A stretch of DNA of 64,000 nucleotides from an uncultured virus (IMG/VR IMGVR_UViG_3300002835_009787) (IMGVR_UViG_3300002835_009787); one strand, 5' to 3'; shown: positions 38,993 through 48,083, counted from the stretch's first letter. Made by a program: numbers and translations. Notes: generated by a model not told the origin, from the sequence alone.

Positions 38993-39083
38993 AAGACAGC
39001 AGTGATGCCAAGAGAATATGGGTCTCACGTGCTTATTGCATCATTGGGTTCGCCCACGATTAAGTAGGACACGCTACTGTCTT
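38993..39083 (-). ncRNA. candidate pseudoknotted RNA, copy B
   Basis: AAGACAGUAG/CUGCUGUCUU stem, CGUGU/GCACG pseudoknot, UGAUGC/GCAUCA stem; begins 2 nt after tRNA-Thr. Confidence 0.6.
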
Positions 39084-39085
39084 AG

Positions 39086-39157
39086 AGCCCGCTCTCGGGA
39101 TTGAACCGAGGACCACTGCATTACAAGTGCAGAGCTCTACCACTGAGCTAAACGGGC
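39086..39157 (-). tRNA. tRNA-Thr(TGT)
   Basis: canonical cloverleaf, CTGCA-CTTGTAA-TGCAG. Confidence 0.95.
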
Positions 39158-39163
39158 GATGGT

Positions 39164-39619
39164 TTAACAAATGCTAAAGCCACCAGAATTAATTAAGAAT
39201 TCAGAAAACTCTTGAATATTTTCTTTACTAAAAGGATAATTAGCTGCCCAATGCTTTACTTTGCCTTCGCCTTTGCAAGCGTTACAAGTGCCCTGAACAT
39301 ATTCGTCATTGCGTATTCCAGTACCGGAACAATGTTCACATTTGCCCATAGGTAATGATTCAAGTTCCTGTTTGTATTTTTCTTCATATGAATCCACTTT
39401 ACCGGAAAGTATATCCTGTTTTAAAAGTGTACCAAGTTTTGTGGCATCTGTAGCATTTAGTCCATCTCCATCATTGGAATGTCCATTTTCTACTTTTGCT
39501 GCAGGATCTGGATGATGAGTCAAACAGTAGTCCCAGAGTGGACGCCACCACCAAACATTATTGCGGAAGTACTCACCTTTTGGATCAATAGGTTCTGTTC
39601 CGTAAACATCCATACCCAT
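39164..39619 (-). CDS. phage protein with a DnaJ-type zinc finger
   Basis: MGMDVYG...YFRNNVWWWRPLW; CEHCSGTG...CNACKGEG; SGGFSIC. Confidence 0.7.
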   Translation of the reverse strand: MGMDVYGTEPIDPKGEYFRNNVWWWRPLWDYCLTHHPDPAAKVENGHSNDGDGLNATDATKLGTLLKQDILSGKVDSYEEKYKQELESLPMGKCEHCSGTGIRNDEYVQGTCNACKGEGKVKHWAANYPFSKENIQEFSEFLINSGGFSIC

Positions 39620-39620
39620 G

Positions 39621-39845
39621 CTAAATATCTTTTCTGTTAACGCGTGTAGTTCTTGTGGCTACAAGTACCGCTTTGTCGGTATTAATAATAAAATTAAGAT
39701 CATCTCTTTCAAAAGATTGAATTGTCATTTCTTCGACTAAGTCTCTTGGGCCTATATAAAGTACATCACCAACAGATAAATTAGTTACTGCTGGCAATGT
39801 GCCAAAGTAATTGGCTGGGTTCAAAGGCAGTGTTATTGTTTGCAT
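39621..39845 (-). CDS. hypothetical protein
   Basis: AAGGAA RBS. Confidence 0.6.
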   Translation of the reverse strand: MQTITLPLNPANYFGTLPAVTNLSVGDVLYIGPRDLVEEMTIQSFERDDLNFIINTDKAVLVATRTTRVNRKDI

Positions 39846-39869
39846 GTTGTTCCTTTTTTATAATTAAGA

Positions 39870-40133
39870 TTATAATAAATAACCGCACCACTCAAGATCT
39901 TTGCGGTATTGTTCTGATGGGCCTGTTGCTCTAGCATAAGATGTAAATGTTTTAAAATTCTTCAGTGTTGCTGCAACAAAACAGTCACATCCTTTAGAGT
40001 ATGGTTGTTCTTCCATAAGATCAACGCAAAACTCTTGTCTTAATTTTTCAGTACGTTCTTGTGACCAAGGTTCACCAAAGGAACATGCTGCTAAGATTAA
40101 ACTTAATATTGGTATAATAATATATTTTTTCAT
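39870..40133 (-). CDS. small lipoprotein
   Basis: LAAC lipobox. Confidence 0.65.
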   Translation of the reverse strand: MKKYIIIPILSLILAACSFGEPWSQERTEKLRQEFCVDLMEEQPYSKGCDCFVAATLKNFKTFTSYARATGPSEQYRKDLEWCGYLL

Positions 40134-40139
40134 AAAGTC

Positions 40140-40310
40140 CTAAAAACAAGTATCGCAGGTACAGTGACTGTGATGCCCTGATTGGCACCTAGGAGACGCT
40201 GTGTGAGGCGGAAAGAAGCCAGTAGGCTTATCATACTCTAGGTCGCAATAAGTGCATTCACCTTTAGACATTTGTTTAATATAAGGTTGTTGTTCAGATT
40301 CTGTATTCAT
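40140..40310 (-). CDS. small Cys/His zinc-binding protein (56 aa)
   Basis: CTYC...FPPH.AS.RCQSG..SHCTCDTCF. Confidence 0.65.
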   Translation of the reverse strand: MNTESEQQPYIKQMSKGECTYCDLEYDKPTGFFPPHTASPRCQSGHHSHCTCDTCF

Positions 40311-40323
40311 AATTTTAAATCCT

Positions 40324-40686
40324 TTACCAAAAATTTTCTTCTTCGTTTAATCTATGAACAGCAAAAAGAAAAATAAACACAAATGCACCTAAATACATTT
40401 CGTGTTTTAATCCTTCTGGATCTTGAATATATTGTGGGTTTTTATCAACTTCACCACAAACTATATCACCATAAGCAGGATGGCCTTCAGTCCAACATTC
40501 TTCAATAAAAACTTGGCCTAAAGATGGATCATAGTTTGGATTAGGAATATTAGACCAAGATTGTAATTCATAAGGAGTGAACAAACCAAAAAGAACATAA
40601 GACCATAAAAAAATGAACCAGCTAATACAAGATCTAGCCCAAATTTTACCATTCCAAAAACCAATGTAATTTAAAAATTTTTTCAT
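40324..40686 (-). CDS. membrane protein
   Basis: two hydrophobic segments. Confidence 0.55.
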   Translation of the reverse strand: MKKFLNYIGFWNGKIWARSCISWFIFLWSYVLFGLFTPYELQSWSNIPNPNYDPSLGQVFIEECWTEGHPAYGDIVCGEVDKNPQYIQDPEGLKHEMYLGAFVFIFLFAVHRLNEEENFW

Positions 40687-40687
40687 A

Positions 40688-40897
40688 TTATTGATCTTTT
40701 AATATCAAACCAACAAGTACAATGGCTAAACCAGCAAAAGCTTGTGCAATACCAATCCATTGGAGTGTTTCAGCAAGACATGGATAAGTGTAACAAGCTC
40801 TGTCAGCTGCTGCGTAACTACGTTCGTGAAAGAAAAACCAAACTCCAATAAGAGTTGATAGTGACCCAAGACCAATTATAATATTACTCTTGTTCAT
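40688..40897 (-). CDS. small two-TM membrane protein
   Basis: two TM helices; AGGAG RBS. Confidence 0.55.
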   Translation of the reverse strand: MNKSNIIIGLGSLSTLIGVWFFFHERSYAAADRACYTYPCLAETLQWIGIAQAFAGLAIVLVGLILKDQ

Positions 40898-41717
40898 TTA
40901 AAGTCTTCTCCTTTTTAGGCTTACCAAAAGTATATGTTTGTAAATCTTCTACTAAAGATTGAAAATCTTTAATTTTAAGATCCAACTTATTTTTTTGATC
41001 ATCTAATTTTTCAAAAACTTTTTCAAATTTATTTAAATTGTTTTTTGAAGCTTTAATATGAGAATCATATATATCATGAAAATGATAAGCAATTGTTGAA
41101 ATTACAAGACCAACGATAACACCAAGAGAAGATAAAAGAGTGTGTTCAAATAAGGTACCAGATTGAGTAAATCTAAAAGCTGCAGAAATTAAACTAATAC
41201 CAGTAAACAATATAAGCCATACAGGACTAGAATCTTTAAGTGAATTAAAGATAGCTTGTTCTTTTGGATTTGTTTGAAGGTCAACATCTCTATTGGAAAT
41301 AACACGACGTTCTTCTTTTGAAACGCCAAGCATGGTTGCAACAAAAGCATAAGCAAATGTTAAAACAATAGCTGATGCTTTTTCAGCAGAATTTGCCCAG
41401 TAACCTTGACCAAATTTGTTGTCAAATATATTGACCCACAAAAGTAGATCAAATAAAGCTCCAAGAATAGCAGAAAATATAATTATCTGTTTTGCAAATT
41501 CTGTTGAATTAGAATATGGTGATAGTGAATTGGAAATATCTTGATGTTCAGATAAAGCGTTTTTATAATTCTTATTAGCTTTATCATGTTTAATTAAAAG
41601 CTGTTCGCGCAAAGCTAAAAGATTACGAAATTCTCTTTGCTTAGTATTAAAGTTATTTTGTTGAGCAGCTTTGGTCCTGGAAGTCTGTGTTTTTTTTGAG
41701 AGTAAAAAAGTAAACAT
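40884..41717 (-). CDS. four-TM membrane protein with flanking coiled coils
   Basis: hydrophobic helices between heptad-rich termini. Confidence 0.6.
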   Translation of the reverse strand: MFTFLLSKKTQTSRTKAAQQNNFNTKQREFRNLLALREQLLIKHDKANKNYKNALSEHQDISNSLSPYSNSTEFAKQIIIFSAILGALFDLLLWVNIFDNKFGQGYWANSAEKASAIVLTFAYAFVATMLGVSKEERRVISNRDVDLQTNPKEQAIFNSLKDSSPVWLILFTGISLISAAFRFTQSGTLFEHTLLSSLGVIVGLVISTIAYHFHDIYDSHIKASKNNLNKFEKVFEKLDDQKNKLDLKIKDFQSLVEDLQTYTFGKPKKEKTLNEQE

Positions 41718-41722
41718 TATAT

Positions 41723-42220
41723 TTAACTTTCTAAAGTAGTTTCAGTTGATAAAAGAGTTTTAATAACACCAGTTAATTGGCAAGATCGATTTAACATTTT
41801 TCCTTCTGGAGTAGACTGATCAACGCCAGGTAATGGAGAAGTGTCTCCATAAGAGTTGATATTTATATCTAAAGAATTAACTCCACGATCCATTAAAATG
41901 TACTTTAGTTGCTTAGCCCTATCATCGCTTAACTGTTGACGTTCTTTAGAATCGCCATCTGCTGAAGCTCGACATTCAATTAACAAAGAAACATAAATAG
42001 AATTAGAATACTGTCCAATGTAAGTATTTATGCATTGGTTGTCTTCTACTAAAAATGTATCTTGATTTGAATTAAACAATATATTACAAGGTGGATCTAC
42101 AACTGGAATAGTAGTAGAAGTGGTAACAGCAGGTTCTGATTCAGAATTTGGTATTAAAATATAAGCAAAAATAGCAAGTATTAAAATAACTAAAGTAGTG
42201 TTAATAATAATTTTTTTCAC
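41723..42220 (-). CDS. OmpA/MotB-like peptidoglycan-binding protein with an N-terminal anchor
   Basis: LSDDRA..L...L...GV....I...SYG.T.P...NR. Confidence 0.75.
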   Translation of the reverse strand: MKKIIINTTLVILILAIFAYILIPNSESEPAVTTSTTIPVVDPPCNILFNSNQDTFLVEDNQCINTYIGQYSNSIYVSLLIECRASADGDSKERQQLSDDRAKQLKYILMDRGVNSLDININSYGDTSPLPGVDQSTPEGKMLNRSCQLTGVIKTLLSTETTLES

Positions 42221-42235
42221 ATAATCTCCTTTTAG

Positions 42236-42307
<72 letters not shown>

Positions 42308-42308
<1 letters not shown>

Positions 42309-42850
42309 TAGTTGTTATAGTTTGGCAATGAGTCAATAGCAAAGTCTAATGCTGCTTCATAACCTTCCCAATAATAGGTGTTCTCAGCATCACTAACATC
42401 TTCTGCTGCAACTCTAAGTTCTTGAGCTTCGCCTGCTTTTGTACAAATTAAAGTTGCATAATCATGTATGCCATCAAAAGCTCTTTGTTTAGTTGATGGG
42501 CTAACATACATTCTTTCGCGGACTGTATCGCATAGTCCACTGCTAATATCTTCATAGCAGTCTATAGCCAGGTAAGGATCACCTGCGTCTGTTGCTAGTG
42601 CAATAGCTGCTTGTCTCCAGTCATCAGCAATTTTTTTCCAGCGTTGAATTTCAGATTCTAAATTTTTAATTTCATTAAATGATTCTTTATTTGTTACAAG
42701 GATTTTAGTTTTGTCCATGATATTATCCAATACTTCCGCGGCTTGTGCGCCACACTTGCCAGTGCCTTCGTATGAGCACTGCTCTTTCCAAGGAGTGATA
42801 AGGTAAACATCACACCATAGGGCTCCACAAGGGATTGTTTCTTGTTCCAT
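42308..42850 (-). CDS. hypothetical protein
   Basis: ORF whose TAG shares a base with the tRNA 5' end. Confidence 0.6.
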
Positions 42851-42926
42851 GATAACACCTATCTATTTTAGAGATACTACTGGTTGGCAGGTTCACTTAA
42901 CGTGATAGCATGATACTATGTAGAAC

Positions 42927-43091
42927 ATGATAATCACACTAATAATTTTAACAGCAATAGCATTTACATTTCATAAATTTACAATGAAAGCAGTAAACAA
43001 CTACGAATATCACAATACACCTAGAAGTTACGAAGATCGCGTAGGACAAATGTATTGGGATGCGATCAAAGAACCACGCAGATTTAATTAA
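42927..43091 (+). CDS. leaderless small membrane protein (54 aa)
   Basis: MIITLIILTAIAFTF...; TG-A-TACTAT extended -10 ends 7 nt before the ATG. Confidence 0.55.
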   Translation: MIITLIILTAIAFTFHKFTMKAVNNYEYHNTPRSYEDRVGQMYWDAIKEPRRFN

Positions 43092-43420
43092 TCATCGTTG
43101 TGATGTTTAGTTCTGTGTTGATAAGTAGGGCTGCTAGCTAGACGGTTTGCAACTATATAAGGTATGCGAGAACCTAATTCTGTAATAGAATAATAATCAA
43201 TACCTTTAATTTTTTTTTTGACAACATAATCTGCTTTAAGTAAATTATCTAAAGCATGTCTAGCATCCGCGCCCTGCTTAGTTCTTTTTTGTAACTTATG
43301 TGAAAAAAACTGAGCTATATTTAAATCTGTTGCCCAAGGTTTATCCATACGCTTTCGCATACCTAAGTAATTTAAAATAAGAATTGTAGAACTACCCTGC
43401 TTGATCTGTTTGGTGTCCAT
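43088..43420 (-). CDS. winged-helix-like DNA-binding protein
   Basis: L.NLLK..YV.K.....YYSITELG. Confidence 0.55.
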   Translation of the reverse strand: MDTKQIKQGSSTILILNYLGMRKRMDKPWATDLNIAQFFSHKLQKRTKQGADARHALDNLLKADYVVKKKIKGIDYYSITELGSRIPYIVANRLASSPTYQHRTKHHNDD

Positions 43421-43637
43421 TCATTTCTTCCTGTTCTGGCTCATGTAATTCTTCATCATCAGGTAAAACGTGCACTATGGATTCTAAAGCACTTATGTAT
43501 CCATCCCAATAACGAATAGTTGAAATATCATTTTCTAAAATTTCAGATCGTCTTGTTCTAGCATGTTGGATATTACGTGTAACTAAAGATTTAAGCAATC
43601 TCATTAGAAGATTCTTTTGCTTTGAAGTAACCTTCAA
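43392..43637 (-). CDS. hypothetical protein
   Basis: YWDGYISALE resembles YWEGYEAALD in 42308-42850. Confidence 0.5.
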   Translation of the reverse strand: MKVTSKQKNLLMRLLKSLVTRNIQHARTRRSEILENDISTIRYWDGYISALESIVHVLPDDEELHEPEQEEMNGHQTDQAG

Positions 43638-43926
43638 GAGCAGAATAAACAGCTTGCCAATCAGGATCTAGATTGGCAGCAAATGTTTCAATCTCGCGCA
43701 TCATTTTTTCTTTAAGACCTTTTTGAGCAAGATCATAAAACAACTCAAAGAATTGTGGATCTTCTACGCTAAAGAGTGGGTCTTTACCAGTAAGTGGATT
43801 TTTAATGCGTACATTTTTAGCTTTATAGCCTGGAACCAAAATAGTATAGTGTGAAGTCACTGCCGATTGGATGGCAATTTCTTCTGGAGTACGTGTATCT
43901 TTAACGGGTTGTTTTATTGGCGGCAT
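43591..43926 (-). CDS. hypothetical protein
   Basis: packed ORF. Confidence 0.6.
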   Translation of the reverse strand: MPPIKQPVKDTRTPEEIAIQSAVTSHYTILVPGYKAKNVRIKNPLTGKDPLFSVEDPQFFELFYDLAQKGLKEKMMREIETFAANLDPDWQAVYSALEGYFKAKESSNEIA

Positions 43927-44605
43927 GTCGGACTACTTTCTTAAGAATAATTTTCTTTTTGTTAATAACTTTTTTATTAAAAATAGCTTTGTTAATAATA
44001 GATGGCTGAAGAGTTAAAACAACTGGAGCAACATATGAAGAAAGTGGCTCAAGAAATACTGTGGGCTCTATATGCTGTGGTGTATTATCTAATAATATTT
44101 GTGGTGCTGGTGCTTGTTCTTGCGGTTCTGGCTGTTGAATTAAAACAGGTTGTTGAACAACAATCTCCACTATTTGTTGGACAGGTTCAGGTTGTTGAAC
44201 TGTTCCATCGCAAGCTATAGCACAATCACCGTTGGTAGTTACTGGACTGCTAGGTACATTAAAGTAACTTTTAATAGTAGCCAATCCAAAAGATTTGTCA
44301 AAGACTGCATCAGTCCATACGGCGATAGTAACAGAAGGCCTATAACCGAGGCCACCTGAACCAATGCCAAGGCCGATACCTGGGTTCTGTTGCATATTTT
44401 GGGCATCCCCAAGTATAGCACCTAATGCAGCATGACCGCCATTGCCGTAATTAACCAACTGCTCAAAAGCTTCAGTGCCAATATCAGTATCATATATTTG
44501 AATCAATATAGGCTCCTGATTATTAGCAAGTAAAGCTGTTGGAAAAGATAAAGATCCTAGTATTAATAAAGATGTAACTAAAGATAATTTAATTTTGTTT
44601 TTCAT
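43901..44605 (-). CDS. secreted protein with a Pro/Gln-rich linker and basic tail
   Basis: signal peptide; AAGGAA RBS. Confidence 0.6.
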   Translation of the reverse strand: MKNKIKLSLVTSLLILGSLSFPTALLANNQEPILIQIYDTDIGTEAFEQLVNYGNGGHAALGAILGDAQNMQQNPGIGLGIGSGGLGYRPSVTIAVWTDAVFDKSFGLATIKSYFNVPSSPVTTNGDCAIACDGTVQQPEPVQQIVEIVVQQPVLIQQPEPQEQAPAPQILLDNTPQHIEPTVFLEPLSSYVAPVVLTLQPSIINKAIFNKKVINKKKIILKKVVRHAANKTTR

Positions 44606-44670
44606 ATTGTTCCTTTTGTAGTTCTTGTGCCAAAAGACATATCACAGTATGTTTTTATTTCGAGCACTTG

Positions 44671-44743
44671 TGCGCTCTCTGGGGTTCGAACCCAGGACCA
44701 ACGGATTAAAAGTCCGGTGCTCTACCGACTGAGCTAAAAGCGC
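44671..44743 (-). tRNA. tRNA-Lys(TTT)
   Basis: canonical cloverleaf, loop CTTTTAA. Confidence 0.95.
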
Positions 44744-44756
44744 AATCTATTAAATG

Positions 44757-44915
44757 TTATTCCCAATCACTATCAAGTTCATCTTGAATGTAATCCCAAT
44801 TTCTTTTTATATAATTTCTCATATAAAAAATCATTGATGCCAAAATAATAATTAGTAGTCTTAAGTCTGGATCAAATGGACCAGGTAAAAATATTTTTTT
44901 TATAATTTCTATCAT
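44757..44915 (-). CDS. small membrane protein (52 aa, MIEIIKK...)
   Basis: one TM helix; the ATG overlaps the tRNA-Asn CCA. Confidence 0.5.
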   Translation of the reverse strand: MIEIIKKIFLPGPFDPDLRLLIIILASMIFYMRNYIKRNWDYIQDELDSDWE

Positions 44916-44990
44916 GGCTGGCGAGGTAGGGCTCGAACCTACGACCCAGGGATTAACAGTCCCTTGCTCTGCCAACTGAGCTACTCGCCA
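44915..44990 (-). tRNA. tRNA-Asn(GTT), CCA encoded
   Basis: canonical cloverleaf, AGGGA-CTGTTAA-TCCCT. Confidence 0.95.
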
Positions 44991-45170
44991 ATATAATAGG
45001 GCACACCACAGTGTCGTTTAAGCCGAGCTATACGCTAACGGATCCCCTATTAATATTTATTTGTTTTGTTTAATGTCATCAACTAACACTAAAATTAATC
45101 CAATAACAGCTAAAGTAGCTGGAATAACAAGTGCAATTCTAAGCCAGTCAAACCAATTCATAATGTTTTA

Positions 45171-45413
45171 CTACTTAGCTTCAAACACTGATTTTGATTT
45201 GATGTCTAGTATATCAAAGATGCGCACTAATGTATCAAGGTTTGGGGAAAAATGTCCATTTTCAATACGATTAATTGTTTTGCGGTCTATAGCACAAACA
45301 TCAGCAAGCTGTTGTTGTGTATATCCGAGACTAGTTCTTCTAGTGTAAATAGCCGTTGCTAAATGATCTTTGATATCATTAATTTTAGAATCAATTTTTT
45401 TGTTCTTAGTCAT
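45171..45413 (-). CDS. XRE-family HTH regulator
   Basis: R..LGYTQQQLAD...DRKTINRIENG...P.L.TL. Confidence 0.9.
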   Translation of the reverse strand: MTKNKKIDSKINDIKDHLATAIYTRRTSLGYTQQQLADVCAIDRKTINRIENGHFSPNLDTLVRIFDILDIKSKSVFEAK

Positions 45414-45724
45414 GATGTTTTATTTTCCTTTTTAATTAATTTTTGTTTTCTTTCTAAATAAATCTGAGCAGATCTTAAAAAAGCACCAAATGAAACTCTT
45501 GGTTTAAAACCTAACAAATATCTATCATATTCATTTTCTCCAGCCCAATATCCTAGCTCGCCATGAGCTCTAGCATGTTGTCTGCATTCGTTAAAGACTG
45601 GACATTTTGCGCAAATAGAATATGCAATTGCTTCTCTACGAGCTGTAGTTTGTGGTCTTTCAGCAAGTTTACCATAAAATATATGGGTAAACCCTTTGCA
45701 ATAAGCTCTGTCTTGCCAGTTCAT
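45410..45724 (-). CDS. whiB: WhiB-family Fe-S transcription factor
   Basis: WQDRAYCKG...ICAKCPV..EC...GYWAGE.E.DR. Confidence 0.85.
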   Translation of the reverse strand: MNWQDRAYCKGFTHIFYGKLAERPQTTARREAIAYSICAKCPVFNECRQHARAHGELGYWAGENEYDRYLLGFKPRVSFGAFLRSAQIYLERKQKLIKKENKTS

Positions 45725-45796
45725 AGAACTCCGTTAGTTAAGTTAAAAGTACAACAAGTATAATTAATATGCCAATTAATGGAAGTATATACATAA

Positions 45797-47236
45797 TTAT
45801 TTCACCAATATGTATTTGGAGAATTGACCGACAGTACCATCTGTTGATACTGCGGCCATTCTACATGAGCGAATATTTAATGAAGATATTGATATAAAGT
45901 AAGAATTAGTTGTTCTGTTTCTATTGCTAATAACTTTATCAACAATTTTATTGTCTGCATATCTGCACCTTAAAATAAAATTAGACACAGGTATATTTGT
46001 ATATCTGTATGTAAAGTCTAATCGAATATAAGATAGTCTAGTTGCAAACTTTTTCAAAGTTATAATGTAAGGAATATTTAAATAGTCTTCTGATTCATCA
46101 TCTTCATCAAGTACGGTGGTAGTAGGTGATGGAGTTGTTGTAGTTGGTGAGGGAATAGTTGTGGTGGGTGGTGGGGGTGTAGATCCAGCTGTTGAAAACA
46201 GGGATCTAAAATCTATTCTTTTTGTAACAATTTTGGTGTAATCATCTACTGCGTTGATTCCAGTAGATTGAAAGTCAGATACTACTTTATCTACTGATTG
46301 TACGCCAAACTTAGAACGGTATACTGCAAATGCGCCAGCAACCATAGGTGCTGACATAGATGTTCCTGAAGATGCACCATATGCACCCATAAGTTTGGAA
46401 GACACTATGTTGTAGCCGGGAGCTGATAGATCAGTTAGTTCGTTGACATTGCTAAAGCTAGTAACTCTGTCACTACCGTCTCCAGCAGTGTACGTTGCAG
46501 CAACACTGACAGTGTCTGTAATGCATGCTGGGGAACTCATTCCACGCTGGCCTTCGTTGCCGGCCGAAACTACAGTAGCAATATTTTTAGACTTCAATGT
46601 AGAAATAATTGAAGTTAAATCTGGTATATAAGAGTTGCATGAAGATTTAAATGTTCCTGGTGTACCAAGAGACATGTTAATAGCTGCAATGTTATATTGG
46701 CCAGATATAGAATCAATCCATTGTAGTGCTCGGATAAGATCGTCATCTGACGCAGAACCGTCAAAAGCAAATACATTGACAGCAATGATCTTTGCACTAG
46801 GGGCTACACCTCGAATGGATGAATTAAACCCAGCTGCGATGCCTGCGGTATGGGTACCGTGCCAGTGGACTGGGGCTGCTGCACCAGGGCCTACCATAGA
46901 GTTTTGACCGTTAGGGCATTTGGTAGTGAAGCAAGCTTCAAGTGCTACTCTGCCACCAAAGAACGAGTGGACAGTTTCAATGCCAGTATCAAGAATAACT
47001 ATATAGGAATCCTGACCTTTGTAGTTATTATTGTAAGCTATATCTGCACCCATTCTTGGGATTGCAGATGATAAGTTGGGAGAGTAATAGTTGATAAGTT
47101 TTCGATAAAACTTAACTGTTGAAACAGCTGGGGCGACATCGCCTGCGTTAGCTGTATTAGTTTTTGAGTTAACAAGAACTGTTAACATTAATGCTGTTGT
47201 TAACAACAGTTTTAGATAGTGGCTCTTATTCCGCAT
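45797..47236 (-). CDS. secreted subtilisin-like (S8) serine protease
   Basis: ILDTG, HGTHTAG, SAGN, GTSMSAP; signal peptide; Thr/Pro linker. Confidence 0.9.
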   Translation of the reverse strand: MRNKSHYLKLLLTTALMLTVLVNSKTNTANAGDVAPAVSTVKFYRKLINYYSPNLSSAIPRMGADIAYNNNYKGQDSYIVILDTGIETVHSFFGGRVALEACFTTKCPNGQNSMVGPGAAAPVHWHGTHTAGIAAGFNSSIRGVAPSAKIIAVNVFAFDGSASDDDLIRALQWIDSISGQYNIAAINMSLGTPGTFKSSCNSYIPDLTSIISTLKSKNIATVVSAGNEGQRGMSSPACITDTVSVAATYTAGDGSDRVTSFSNVNELTDLSAPGYNIVSSKLMGAYGASSGTSMSAPMVAGAFAVYRSKFGVQSVDKVVSDFQSTGINAVDDYTKIVTKRIDFRSLFSTAGSTPPPPTTTIPSPTTTTPSPTTTVLDEDDESEDYLNIPYIITLKKFATRLSYIRLDFTYRYTNIPVSNFILRCRYADNKIVDKVISNRNRTTNSYFISISSLNIRSCRMAAVSTDGTVGQFSKYILVK

Positions 47237-47256
47237 AGAGTTCCTTTGTTCTTTTG

Positions 47257-47342
47257 TGCCCAAGACGGGGATCGAACCCGTACGATCATTTCTAATCGAG
47301 GGGGTTTAAGCCCCTTGCGTCTACCGGTTCCGCCACCTGGGC
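47257..47342 (-). tRNA. tRNA-Leu(TAA)
   Basis: class II cloverleaf with a long variable arm, AGGGG-CTTAAAC-CCCCT. Confidence 0.9.
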
Positions 47343-47350
47343 ATAACCGG

Positions 47351-47551
47351 TTATAATGTTTCGTCTAATAATTCAGACGTGTCATACATTTCTTGACCAA
47401 AGTTTTTATCAGTCAAGATGCTATGTATACCCTTTAACCAATCAATAACTTCATCTGTTTGATTGTCGTTATTAAGTTGCTGTAATTTATCAATAGCAGT
47501 ATTTAATTTTTCTACATCTTTGATGTCGTTACCTATAACTACACTTAACAT
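47351..47551 (-). CDS. hypothetical protein
   Basis: AAGGAA RBS. Confidence 0.55.
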   Translation of the reverse strand: MLSVVIGNDIKDVEKLNTAIDKLQQLNNDNQTDEVIDWLKGIHSILTDKNFGQEMYDTSELLDETL

Positions 47552-47607
47552 ATTGTTTCCTTATTTATTGTATGGGTTTGTGTCTATCCCCGAGGTTTTG
47601 CTGTAAC

Positions 47608-48069
47608 TTAAATTTCGTAACAATAATTGTCATATAATCTAAATGCTTGTTCTATTACTTCGTAAGGAACAGAACAATTTTTATATTTAGAATTAAGTGA
47701 ATCAATTGAAGTTCCGTAAATCATTACAGGTCCATGTATTATTTCTGTACTGTTTCTTCCAATGTTATTAGCAAAAGCTAATCTATATATTTTTGTTGCA
47801 ATAATATTAATAGAATCGGGATCAACATAATACAGTAAATCAACGTACATATGATAGCGGCTATGTAATGGAATTATATCAAGCTTGCTATCATAAGATA
47901 TGTATTCTTCTAAAGCATCGTTGGGATCAGCGTATATTATTTTAGGAGTTTCTACAGGATCAGATGGAATGTATAATCCTTTTAAATAATTATATCTTTT
48001 ATCTGATTTATTTAAGATATATTTTTCAGGAGTTATTTGAGGATGTTTAATATCAAATCTATTCACCAT
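47608..48069 (-). CDS. DUF3846-like protein
   Basis: MYVD...N.IAT...I.GPV.I.G pattern. Confidence 0.45.
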   Translation of the reverse strand: MVNRFDIKHPQITPEKYILNKSDKRYNYLKGLYIPSDPVETPKIIYADPNDALEEYISYDSKLDIIPLHSRYHMYVDLLYYVDPDSINIIATKIYRLAFANNIGRNSTEIIHGPVMIYGTSIDSLNSKYKNCSVPYEVIEQAFRLYDNYCYEI

Positions 48070-48083
48070 GAAAGTATATCAGG

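Noticed and set aside
38993..39083. Calling the tRNA-adjacent RNA a theta (HDV-like) or pistol ribozyme
   Set aside because: No HDV nested double-pseudoknot pattern is recognisable; the pistol-like P1 is present only in copy B and the conserved GCG/GU core is missing.
44916..44975. N-terminal extension of ORF 44757-44975
   Set aside because: It is the tRNA-Asn sequence.
47237..47263. TTG start of the subtilisin ORF
   Set aside because: It overlaps tRNA-Leu; the ATG at 47236 has an RBS and gives a normal signal peptide.
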